From an uncultured Candidatus Saccharibacteria bacterium (GTDB taxonomy: Bacteria > Patescibacteriota > Minisyncoccia > 2-02-FULL-40-12 > GWA2-44-9), in NCBI GenBank assembly GCA_964491455.1, contig CAZBFM010000001.1:3053-67052 (forward strand): DNA of 64,000 nt, written 5' to 3'. The position numbers were made by a program, and so were the translations under genes. Below the pieces are notes generated by a model. The model had not been told where the DNA came from. It ran no database searches and saw only the letters and a program-made list of their open reading frames with translations. Positions 44,120-52,571 of this stretch are shown here, piece by piece. Every line of letters starts with the position of its first letter. Positions within the stretch are counted from its first letter, which is position 1.

Positions 44120-46405
44120 CTATTCCTCTGAGTCGTCTATGGCGAGCTGATTCTCGTTGAGCCTACCTCCCTGTCGCCAAATGTCATTTTGTCGCAAACC
44201 TGGTACTGGTAATAATTTGAATTTAGGATCGTAATAATCGCTTCTTGCGTGGAACGGATCATCGTCCGTTTTGAAGATAGAGCGCATGCTTTTTACAAGT
44301 AATCGTTTAATCTGGTATACATTTCCCAATTTTAGGGAGATGTTTGATCTTGCAGCAACCATACGCGTCATTTGCTGCGCTGTAGCGGTGTGAATATCGG
44401 TTGCGGCGAGCGCAGATAGTGCCTCTAGGAAATTCCATTCACGAGTTGGTTTTTGCTGTTTTTTACCCCTGGAGAACCCTAGCTGTACGTAATCTGGGGC
44501 GGCGATGTATTTCCCGTCGTAATAGATCTCAATCTCTTTGGCTCCTTCTTTAAATTTAATTTCAACTTTCTCGAATTTAACTACCTCGGGGAAGACGAGG
44601 TCAATTGAGTGTCGCTTTTTTACCGCGCGCCTGATGCCGAATATTTCTGGCGGAGATGCTATGGGTATGAGCGCGTTGCCAGGTACAATGTAGTAGTCTT
44701 GCGACTCTGGTTTGGTCGTTTTCTGAGCACGCGCTTCCGCTTTATCTTGAGGTTTCCGCGGTTGGCGTTTGAGTAAGTATGGTGAGAGATTTCCCTTAAT
44801 CTCATCTCGTTGGATGTGTACATCAGTTCTTCGTTGGTGCAGATAATATCCAATGAGGTTCATTTCTGGTGACGTTGCATTGAGTGCATTTTCGATATGG
44901 CCCTGGATGACAGGACTCCTCAAGCCATCAAATGTGTTGAGCAAGAAGAAAGAGTAAAGGGACTTTTCTACTCCACTGCTCGCTTCTTTCATTGATCGCT
45001 TAACGAGCTCAATGTCTATGTCCTGTTCTCGAATGGCTTTATGGTATAGGGCAACAACCTTGAAGATTGTTGTTTCCTTCTCACTCAGGATACGGTCGAT
45101 TTCCTGGTCTAGCTCACCAATGATGATGCTTTTGTTTGACGCTAGCAGTTTGAGTATCCAGAATTTCGACCAGTCGGTGACCTCACTGTTATTGTACGCT
45201 TCCCAAAGTGCGCTATCGATGGTTATGGCATCGAGTGGGTCGCCAAAAATATCGAGCATTACCATAGAGTCGGCAATGTATTGAATGATTGGCACTGTCA
45301 GTGAGGGTCGGATCGGGATGATCTTGATAAGGTCAAGGATCAAATTAAGGTTGAAGATTACGCTGGCCTTCAGATAGTACTTAAGACCGCGAATTTCTAG
45401 CTTCTCAACCTTTTCACCGCTGATTATTGCACCGATGATTCGGGGGATTGTGGCGGTGATACGCGCAAAATCGTCCTCGGGTATTTCGGGGGTGCTGTAG
45501 TCATAATCGGAGCTGATGCGCATGGCCTCAATCGCTTCAGTATCCTGAAGCTCGGTAACTTTTGTTTTCTCGTTGAGATTTAGGTTGTGACCTCGAAGAA
45601 AGCGTACTATTTTTTCTGTCGCTTTGAGCACATCTTCTTTGCTCCTGCCCATCAGCACAAGATCGTCCACGTATCGTAGATAGCGGAAGTTTTTCCCAGC
45701 CAGTTCTTCTTCGATATATTCATCAAGAGACGCAAGATATGCATTAGCGAGAACCGCTGATGGGCCAGGGCCTTGGGGCAATCCTTTTGGTAGGTCAGGA
45801 AACTCGGTCCATGTTCTCAGTTGTGTGTCGAGTATGGATAGAATTTTTTCATCCTTAATGCCAAAGTCGTTTTTGATTTTCTCCATTAACTTTCCGATTG
45901 GGATATGCTCGTAATATTGCTGAACATCAACCTCCAACTTCCAGACCAGCCCCTTTTCAAATGCTTTCTTTTGCCCTTCGCAGAACTTATCCCAATCATT
46001 GAAATATGGGGCGATAAAGGCTGGTGTTTCTGCATTATCATGAACTCGATTACCAAAACAGCTTTTGTCGGAGAGCTGATTGTCGATTTTGTATCCAAGG
46101 ATTTCTTGGTTGAAGATGGCTTGGAATACGATTCGATCGATCATCGACATTACGTAGACGGGCCGAAGGGCTAGATTGTCTTTAGGTATGTAAACGAAGA
46201 ACCCCTTTTCGGGGGCATAATTACCGTCTCGGATCTGTTTCTCTAGGGCAACAAAGAATTCGCCACCAAGGGCATCAATGGCAGTAGTGGCAGGATGATT
46301 AATTGGGTTTACGGAAAGTGTCGAGTGTGAGAGCTCGTGTTGAACGTGTGTGTATGCCAGCTTTAGGTTTTCTCGCGATGAGAACCGCTCAAAAAGAGTC
46401 GCCAT
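44120..46405 (-). CDS. reverse transcriptase, Abi/UG (defence-associated RT)-like, with about 450-aa helical C-terminal extension
   Basis: RT motifs: …LRPVYVMSMIDRIVFQA…; GLPQGPGPSAVLANAYL; YVDD (RYVDDLVLMG); 761 aa; no intron/retron context; neighbours are R-M and nuclease genes. Confidence 0.8.
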   Translation of the reverse strand: MATLFERFSSRENLKLAYTHVQHELSHSTLSVNPINHPATTAIDALGGEFFVALEKQIRDGNYAPEKGFFVYIPKDNLALRPVYVMSMIDRIVFQAIFNQEILGYKIDNQLSDKSCFGNRVHDNAETPAFIAPYFNDWDKFCEGQKKAFEKGLVWKLEVDVQQYYEHIPIGKLMEKIKNDFGIKDEKILSILDTQLRTWTEFPDLPKGLPQGPGPSAVLANAYLASLDEYIEEELAGKNFRYLRYVDDLVLMGRSKEDVLKATEKIVRFLRGHNLNLNEKTKVTELQDTEAIEAMRISSDYDYSTPEIPEDDFARITATIPRIIGAIISGEKVEKLEIRGLKYYLKASVIFNLNLILDLIKIIPIRPSLTVPIIQYIADSMVMLDIFGDPLDAITIDSALWEAYNNSEVTDWSKFWILKLLASNKSIIIGELDQEIDRILSEKETTIFKVVALYHKAIREQDIDIELVKRSMKEASSGVEKSLYSFFLLNTFDGLRSPVIQGHIENALNATSPEMNLIGYYLHQRRTDVHIQRDEIKGNLSPYLLKRQPRKPQDKAEARAQKTTKPESQDYYIVPGNALIPIASPPEIFGIRRAVKKRHSIDLVFPEVVKFEKVEIKFKEGAKEIEIYYDGKYIAAPDYVQLGFSRGKKQQKPTREWNFLEALSALAATDIHTATAQQMTRMVAARSNISLKLGNVYQIKRLLVKSMRSIFKTDDDPFHARSDYYDPKFKLLPVPGLRQNDIWRQGGRLNENQLAIDDSEE

Positions 46406-46700
46406 AGTAATAGTAATGTTGGTGGCATCCTACTCCCCAAGAGGGCTTATATCAAGGTATCGATGAGGCTTCCAATTAACCATCAATAGTGGTAATTTAT
46501 GCTTAACAATTTATCGCCTAACCCTTGTGAGCTTGTTGTCACAAGATATGGCGAAAAAATCCCCATCCCTGATACTGAACCCCTCGTTCAGCGCACTCAG
46601 GGATGGGTCATGCCCGAAAGGGTATGTGAGTCGCAAGACTCAACGCTAGCGGGGGGCTTTGTGTTTCCCGTTTGCGACATAGGTTTTACCCATCCCTACT

Positions 46701-47588
46701 ATGTCGAAAAAACTTCATCGGTTTGCCATTGCCGACCTTTTTGCTGGCATTGGCGGTTTCCATCTTGCCTTCCATCGTCTTGGTGCGGAGTGTGTTTTTG
46801 CAAGTGAATGGGATGAACACGCTCGAAAAACATACGAGCACAACTTTAAGAAAATCAGTCCCGACCTCTTTGAGAGTGGGAACTTTGCGGGAGATATAAC
46901 AAAAGTTTCTGCCAGCGCAGTACCCGATTTCGATATTCTCACAGGTGGTTTTCCGTGTCAGCCGTTTAGCCAGGCTGGCTTCAAGAAGGGATTTCAAGAT
47001 GCACGAGGGACTTTATTTTTTGATATTGCTCGCATCATTAGAGCGAAGCGACCCGTAGCGTACTTTATTGAGAATGTTCGGCATCTCCAGAAGCATGATG
47101 ATGGTAAGACGTTCGCTGCAATAAAAAGAATTATCGAGGACGACCTCGGTTACTCTTTCCATGCAAAAATCGTGAAGGCATCAGATTTCGGTTTGCCCCA
47201 GCATCGTCCGCGTCTTTATATGGTTGGTTTCAGGGATAAGGACGTTCCGTTCAAGTTTCCTGATCCCGTGCCATTAAAGATGAGTATGTCGGATGTGTTT
47301 GGAGGAGAGTGCGCGCGGAATGTTGGTTTCACTCTTCGCCTGGGAGGGCGTGGCTCTGGGCTCAACGATAGGAGGAATTGGGATACCTACCTTGTTGATG
47401 GAAAACAAAGAAGGCTGTCGCCTTTGGAAGGCAAGAAGATGATGGGCTTTCCGAATAGTTTTCATTTTCCTGTCACTGAAACCCAGGCGATGCGTCAGTT
47501 GGGTAATAGCGTTGCTGTGAATGCAATACGGGCAACCGCTCGAGAGATTATTAGTTCGCTTAATCATTACTATGGCAAAGGGAAATAG
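46701..47588 (+). CDS. DNA (cytosine-5)-methyltransferase
   Basis: motif I DLFAGIGGF, motif IV GGFPCQPFSQAG, motif VI ENV, QLGNSV. Confidence 0.9.
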   Translation: MSKKLHRFAIADLFAGIGGFHLAFHRLGAECVFASEWDEHARKTYEHNFKKISPDLFESGNFAGDITKVSASAVPDFDILTGGFPCQPFSQAGFKKGFQDARGTLFFDIARIIRAKRPVAYFIENVRHLQKHDDGKTFAAIKRIIEDDLGYSFHAKIVKASDFGLPQHRPRLYMVGFRDKDVPFKFPDPVPLKMSMSDVFGGECARNVGFTLRLGGRGSGLNDRRNWDTYLVDGKQRRLSPLEGKKMMGFPNSFHFPVTETQAMRQLGNSVAVNAIRATAREIISSLNHYYGKGK

Positions 47589-48651
47589 GGGTGAATGGAG
47601 TGAATTCTATGCCTTCATCAAACTCCTTTCGGAGAGACAGTTGAGTGCGGCTGATGATAACCTCCAGAAAATAAAAGACATTTTTTACCCAGTCCTACGA
47701 GTTATTCGCGAAGAGGCTACTGGAGTAACGGATTACGAGTTTGCTGAAGAGGGAAAGGTGAGAGTGCTCCAGGCTGGTACTGAAATCGCCCTGGTAGATA
47801 GTTCTGACCTAAAATCAAAGGTCTTGGATATATTTCAGGCAATCCAAGATAGTAGTGAAACTACTTTTGAAGTATCAGTTGCAGATGAGTTGATGACGCG
47901 TTTTCATGCTACTCGTCTTAATGCGGGCAATGGACGGAAAGAGGACATCGTCCTAAAAATACATGATCGCATGACTGGCACAGAGCCAGATGTGGGCTTT
48001 AGTATCAAATCGATGCTTGGCAACCCTGCTACTCTTCTCAATGCGTCTAGCGCCACAAACTTTATATATAAAATTTCGGGCCTTGGTGATGACCAGATCG
48101 AACGCATAAATTCAATTGATACACACTCAAAGGTTCGCGATCGCCTCTCTGCAATTGTTGCATCAGGAGGAGCTTTTACTTTTCAGGGTATGAGTTCGGG
48201 GGTTTTCACGAAGAACCTTCGACGAATTGATGCGGTTTTGCCAGAGATTTCAGCGCAGCTACTTCTGGCATTTTATATGGGCAAGGGGAGCCTCTTGCCA
48301 GATCTGGTTGCTAACCTGGGGGATGATGAGACGAATATACTTACATTCGATTTAGATCGCTCCGACTACGAGTTTAAGGTGAAAGGCTTGCTATACAATA
48401 TAGCCCTCGGCATGGTGCCCAATACGCCCTGGGATGGCCTTACGCGGGCCCACGGAGGGTATATTATCGTGCGTGAGGATGGAGAGATCGTTGGGTATCA
48501 TCTATCGAACGCAGATACTTTCAGGGGCTACCTGTACAAGAATGCACGTTTTGACACTCCGAGCACCACGCGTCACGGTTTCGGTTTGATCTACCAGGAG
48601 AATGGGGAGTCTTTTATCAAGTTGGCGATGCAGATTCGTTTTATTCGCTGA
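47572..48651 (+). CDS. putative Type II restriction endonuclease (HpaII-family-like) partnered with the C5-methyltransferase
   Basis: overlaps methyltransferase stop by 17 nt; N-terminus MAKGNRGEWSEFYAFIKLL resembles HpaII-type REases (recalled from memory, not searched). Confidence 0.5.
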   Translation: MAKGNRGEWSEFYAFIKLLSERQLSAADDNLQKIKDIFYPVLRVIREEATGVTDYEFAEEGKVRVLQAGTEIALVDSSDLKSKVLDIFQAIQDSSETTFEVSVADELMTRFHATRLNAGNGRKEDIVLKIHDRMTGTEPDVGFSIKSMLGNPATLLNASSATNFIYKISGLGDDQIERINSIDTHSKVRDRLSAIVASGGAFTFQGMSSGVFTKNLRRIDAVLPEISAQLLLAFYMGKGSLLPDLVANLGDDETNILTFDLDRSDYEFKVKGLLYNIALGMVPNTPWDGLTRAHGGYIIVREDGEIVGYHLSNADTFRGYLYKNARFDTPSTTRHGFGLIYQENGESFIKLAMQIRFIR

Positions 48652-48720
48652 CAGAAGACCAGTCGATGAGTGTCATAAAGCCTTGTTATTGTTCGATTTT
48701 TATAATAAAATCCCTCGGTT

Positions 48721-49467
48721 ATGTTTCAGGCAAAGACCCAACGAATATCAGAGCTGGCTGCAAAGTATCCAGATCGCATTATGGAAATGGAGTCGATTTT
48801 GAGCGCGTCGGCCAATGTCTATGTAGATTATGCGAATGTTCGTCCCTGGTCTGAGCGCCTCAAGTGGCACGTTGAACCGAAGCGGCTCAAGCAATTTTTA
48901 GACTCCTTCTCAAATTTTAAGTCCATCCGCTTTTATTCTGGTGAATTAAAGGGAGATGTTGACTCCGAAGCTTCTACTCAGGAGTTAAAGCGGATTTTCA
49001 ATTCTGGTCTCGTTACCAAGCCCGTTAAGATTATGCGACTCCCAATCAATGTTTCGAGCATTCCCAAGAATGATCCTGCTATCCTAAAGGATTTTATTCG
49101 TAAGCCGCTACTACAGAAATTAACGGTTCAAACCGTCGAATTATTAAATGGAGAGTTGGAGAAACTTAACCAGCAGGGTACGGCTTTCCTTGAGGATAGG
49201 AAGTGTAACTTCGACGTTGAGATAGGGACTGACATTCTTTTGGATCTTGAAAGGGGAAGTGCTGATGTCTTTGTGCTCTGGAGTGGAGATAGTGACTTTG
49301 CGGATCCTATTAGTAAGTTGCTTGCTGCGGGGAAAAAGGTCTACCTATTTGCTACTGCTCGCAGGATTGCTAGCGAGCTTAATACCCTTACGACTAGTGG
49401 ATTGGTAATTTTTGATATTCAGAAGATAAGGGACTTTATATGCTGGGCTCGTGAAATAACCCCGTAA
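48721..49467 (+). CDS. NYN/LabA-like domain protein (putative nuclease)
   Basis: …VYVDYANV…DVEIGTD…VLWSGDSDF… Asp pattern typical of NYN/PIN-like domain. Confidence 0.6.
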   Translation: MFQAKTQRISELAAKYPDRIMEMESILSASANVYVDYANVRPWSERLKWHVEPKRLKQFLDSFSNFKSIRFYSGELKGDVDSEASTQELKRIFNSGLVTKPVKIMRLPINVSSIPKNDPAILKDFIRKPLLQKLTVQTVELLNGELEKLNQQGTAFLEDRKCNFDVEIGTDILLDLERGSADVFVLWSGDSDFADPISKLLAAGKKVYLFATARRIASELNTLTTSGLVIFDIQKIRDFICWAREITP

Positions 49468-49476
49468 AATCAAGCA

Positions 49477-49508
49477 AAAGGGGCCCCTTGCGGGGCCCCT
49501 AAGCTTTA
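49477..49508 (+). terminator. hairpin terminator (aggggccccttgcggggcccct)
   Basis: 10-bp GC stem; weak T-run. Confidence 0.45.
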
Positions 49509-49640
49509 GAGTTCGTGATTGTTTCCAATCAGGGACATGATACCATACCCTGCTCCATTTTGTCCACATGGCCTGAAAAAGTCGTGAAACCTATTATAAT
49601 GACTCTTGGGGGAGTAATTAAGAAGCTATGACAGGGATAT

Positions 49641-49669
49641 TGACTTATCAGTATAAAACTGCTATAATG
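49641..49669 (+). promoter_or_regulatory. sigma70-like promoter (TTGACT-N17-TATAAT) for DGR target gene, about 165-nt leader
   Basis: consensus hexamers. Confidence 0.5.
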
Positions 49670-49834
49670 TAGGTAGGATATAGCTCTTTTCATCCATATA
49701 ACTTGCAGGTTTTGCTACAGCAGAGAGCGCCTATTGTGGGCCCTGTCTACTGTGGCAAAACCATGAGGTAGCGCCCAACAGTGCAACCGATGTGTCCCGC
49801 AAGGGATGTGTCACCAAACAGGAGATGCGTAGCT

Positions 49835-50425
49835 ATGGCTACTCCGTCTGATGTCAGCGTGGGCCTGGCCCACGAACTCACCATCACCACCACGAAGGCG
49901 GGATGGGAACCCAAGGACTTCGCAACCCTCGCCCACAGCGAGGACAAGGCCCGCGAGATCCTCGCGTACCTGCGCGGTCTCTCCGAGATCAAGCAGGTCA
50001 CGCACGCCATCGACTGCGATGCCGACCCCTTCCTGCCCAACGGCTGGCGGGTGGAAGAGCACCGCAAGGACGGCGTGATCGTCTGGGACCTCACCAAGGT
50101 CTCCCTTTATCTCTCCAAGGGGCAGAAGGGCGACAAGCGTATCGTCGGCAACGACCTCCGCAAGGAGCTCGCCAAGAAGCCCACGATGAACGCCAACGTG
50201 CTGGACTACCTGCTCAAGAACCCCCACCTCATTCCCGAGGACTGGAAGAAGGACGACCGTGGCAACACGCGCTACATCTTCTTCTGGGGGACCATCTACC
50301 GCGGCTCCGGCGACGGCCTGTACGTCCGCTATCTGTGCTGGGACGGCGGTGCGTGGAGCTGGGACGTCGGCTGGTTGGGCCGCGTCTTCGTCGGCGACCG
50401 CCCCGCTGCGTTGCGTGCAAGTTAG
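49835..50425 (+). CDS. DGR target protein 1 (196 aa, no signal peptide, C-terminal variable region); high-GC gene
   Basis: start at ATG 49835 (AGGAG 11 nt upstream; aligns with paralog N-terminus MAAKSAFSIVGLAHKL); VR at 3' end; conserved motifs IDCDADPF, MNANVLDYLLKNPHLIPEDWK, TRYIFFWGTIY. Confidence 0.75.
   Translation: MATPSDVSVGLAHELTITTTKAGWEPKDFATLAHSEDKAREILAYLRGLSEIKQVTHAIDCDADPFLPNGWRVEEHRKDGVIVWDLTKVSLYLSKGQKGDKRIVGNDLRKELAKKPTMNANVLDYLLKNPHLIPEDWKKDDRGNTRYIFFWGTIYRGSGDGLYVRYLCWDGGAWSWDVGWLGRVFVGDRPAALRAS
50298..50420 (+). repeat. DGR variable region (VR1)
   Basis: 123-nt homolog of TR; about 23 mismatches, 22 at positions where TR has A; 3'-terminal 20 nt identical to TR. Confidence 0.75.
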
Positions 50426-50487
50426 GTCCTTGGACCTGGTTCCTTAGGCCCCGTTGGCCTCTGAACCTTAGTCCTTCGACCCCGTTC

Positions 50488-50528
50488 GATGCCCTGTGTG
50501 CGAAAGCGCATGGGGCATCTTTTTTTGT
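50488..50528 (+). terminator. hairpin (gatgccc…ggggcatc) plus T7 downstream of VR1
   Basis: inverted repeat plus T-run. Confidence 0.5.
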
Positions 50529-50762
50529 GCTAAAATTAAATTGGAATTAGGCGAATATGCGGGCGACTACGGTTTCCTGCTGCCGAACCCAGTATCCATA
50601 CAACCCAGAATATCTCCGACTACGGTTTGAGGTAGCGTGGTGTATGTAGAAACTTCAAAAAATGAAGATACTTGGTAGGGGGTGCTATAGCATTGCGATG
50701 CCGAATACGATACAGCCCTGAGAGTACTCGAAGGGCAGTGGCACGGAAGGCACTCACTACAC

Positions 50763-50885
50763 ACCGCAACTCCGACGACAACCTGTACGTCCGCTATCTG
50801 TACTGGAACGACGGTGCGTGGAACTGGAACTACAACTGGTTGGACAACGACTTCAACGGCAACAACCCCGCTGCGTTGCGTGCAA
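50763..50885 (+). repeat. DGR template region (TR), adenine-rich (many AAC codons)
   Basis: aligns to VR1 with A-specific mismatches; located upstream of RT. Confidence 0.75.
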
Positions 50886-50891
50886 CTCTCC

Positions 50892-51287
50892 TCATTTCTC
50901 TCCCTTCGCGGGAGAGTTTTGTTTTTGCAGTTGGCCGTTCCATCCACCCATCATTTTGCCGATCTCATCCATCTTTAGAGATAGCGCGGCATACTTCTGG
51001 CTGTTCAATGATTTCGTCTCCCAGAGTACCAAGAGTAGTACTTTGAGCGTGTCTGTCTTTCGTATGGCGAGCCGAACATACGGGAGTTTCTCGTTGCGTG
51101 GAAGGAAGCTGGCAGTTGCCAGAGCTTCGATCAGTTCAATAAACAGGGCATCTATTCGTAGTCCAAGTGAGTGTCGGTGTGTCTTTGGGAGTGTTTGGAG
51201 ATAGCTATACCAAAGAATATAGGCACTTTTTGTGCTTTGAAGTAGTGGTATCAGCGGGGGGGGGGTATTATAGGAAGAATGGCTCAT
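50892..51287 (-). CDS. avd: Avd-like four-helix-bundle protein (accessory variability determinant), opposite strand
   Basis: …LPKTHRHSLGLRIDALFIELIEALA…LAIRKTDTLKVLLLVLWETKSL…EIGKMMGGW resembles four-helix-bundle/Avd family; start could be at 51431 (179 aa). Confidence 0.5.
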   Translation of the reverse strand: MSHSSYNTPPPLIPLLQSTKSAYILWYSYLQTLPKTHRHSLGLRIDALFIELIEALATASFLPRNEKLPYVRLAIRKTDTLKVLLLVLWETKSLNSQKYAALSLKMDEIGKMMGGWNGQLQKQNSPAKGEK

Positions 51288-52286
51288 AAGCAGTTCAAAT
51301 ATCCATACCAGAGTATCATTTCTTTGGAAAATCTCCTCCAGGCGTGGAGGGAGTTTCTTGTTGGTAAGCGGAGCCGAAAAGACGTTCAAGATTTTGAGCG
51401 TAATTTCATGGACAATGTTATTGCGCTGCACAGCGACTTAAGAGACAAGACATACTCTCATTCGGCGTATGAAAGTTTCAACATTTCCGACCCTAAGCCA
51501 CGGCACATTCATAAGGCGACCGTGCGAGATCGGTTATTGCACCACGCACTCTACCGAAATCTCTATCCATTCTTTGCGAGAGCGTTTATTTCGGACTCCT
51601 ATTCCTGTCAGCTCAATAAGGGGACGCATCGAGCGATGGATCGTTTTCGATCGTTTGAGCGTCAGGTATCCCGCAACCACACTCGCACAGCATGGGTGCT
51701 CAAGTGTGATGTGCGAAAGTTCTTTGCTTCTATAGACCAGGCAGTTCTTTTGGGGATTTTAAAGCAGTACATTCCAGATCAAGATACTCTCTGGCTGCTC
51801 TCGCAGATCATTGGAAGCTTTTCTTCGACCAAACCTGGTTTGGGGTTACCTCTGGGAAATCTCACCTCTCAACTCCTGGTGAATATCTATATGAACGAGC
51901 TGGATCAATTCGTGAAACACTCCCTGGGGGCTAAGCACTATATCCGCTATGCTGATGATTTTGTCGTTATGTCCCACGACAGGTCTTGGCTCGAAGAGTT
52001 GTTGCCTAGAATAGCTGACTTTTTAAATGAAAGGCTGTGCCTGGAACTTCATCCCAATAAAGTTTCTATTCAAGCTCTTGCCTCGGGAGTCGATTTTCTC
52101 GGTTGGGTGCACTTCTCTGACCATAGGGTGTTGAGAACGGTAGCAAAAAGGAGGATGTTTAGAGGTCTTGGGTCGCGAGGAGGCAATTCTCAAACCGTGC
52201 AGGCGTATTTGGGACTCATAAGCCATGGAAATACCAAAAAGCTCGAGCAACGAGTGCGCCAGCTTTCTTCCGAATATAGTGAGTAG
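51279..52286 (+). CDS. DGR reverse transcriptase
   Basis: 335 aa; RT motifs incl. LPLGNLTSQLLVNIYMNELD (DGR-type (I/L)GxxxSQ) and IRYADDFVV (YADD). Confidence 0.9.
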   Translation: MAHKQFKYPYQSIISLENLLQAWREFLVGKRSRKDVQDFERNFMDNVIALHSDLRDKTYSHSAYESFNISDPKPRHIHKATVRDRLLHHALYRNLYPFFARAFISDSYSCQLNKGTHRAMDRFRSFERQVSRNHTRTAWVLKCDVRKFFASIDQAVLLGILKQYIPDQDTLWLLSQIIGSFSSTKPGLGLPLGNLTSQLLVNIYMNELDQFVKHSLGAKHYIRYADDFVVMSHDRSWLEELLPRIADFLNERLCLELHPNKVSIQALASGVDFLGWVHFSDHRVLRTVAKRRMFRGLGSRGGNSQTVQAYLGLISHGNTKKLEQRVRQLSSEYSE

Positions 52287-52571
52287 CGGGGTAGGGTGAC
52301 TATCGAATAACTCCTGGAACTGTCTGAAAGTTAGGAGGTGGGAGTTTTATGGTGAACTGGAAGGGGATCAGCTTGAGATTTTCACTGTCAGCATGTCGGG
52401 TAGTGTTCATACCATGCCAATAGAGAGTGCCATAGGGTGTCAGTGTAGCACTGGACGAGGTTCAATTCTAGACCTTGTGAAATTAAAGTATTGTGATATA
52501 ATATACTTGTTCGTTAAGAATACTCAAGCGACAAGATCCGCAAGGATAGTCGCGCAAACAAGGAGGGCCGT

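Larger units (their letters stand above)
38879..49510. mobile_element. integrative element / defence island (serine recombinase, primase-helicase, Abi-like RT, R-M system, NYN nuclease); boundaries approximate
   Basis: gene content; integrase abutting ychF 5' end; att sites not identified. Confidence 0.5.

Noticed and set aside
50672-51046. 124-aa plus-strand ORF spanning the TR (and antisense ORFs 50567-50947 and 50818-51204)
   Set aside because: The TR is a non-coding template. These ORFs exist only because of its repetitive AAC content, and the Avd-like gene on the minus strand explains the region.
52380-52480. tRNA-like T-loop sequence (ggacgaggttcaattctagacc)
   Set aside because: No matching acceptor or D/anticodon arms could be built, so it is not a tRNA. 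It may be part of the DGR 3' RNA.
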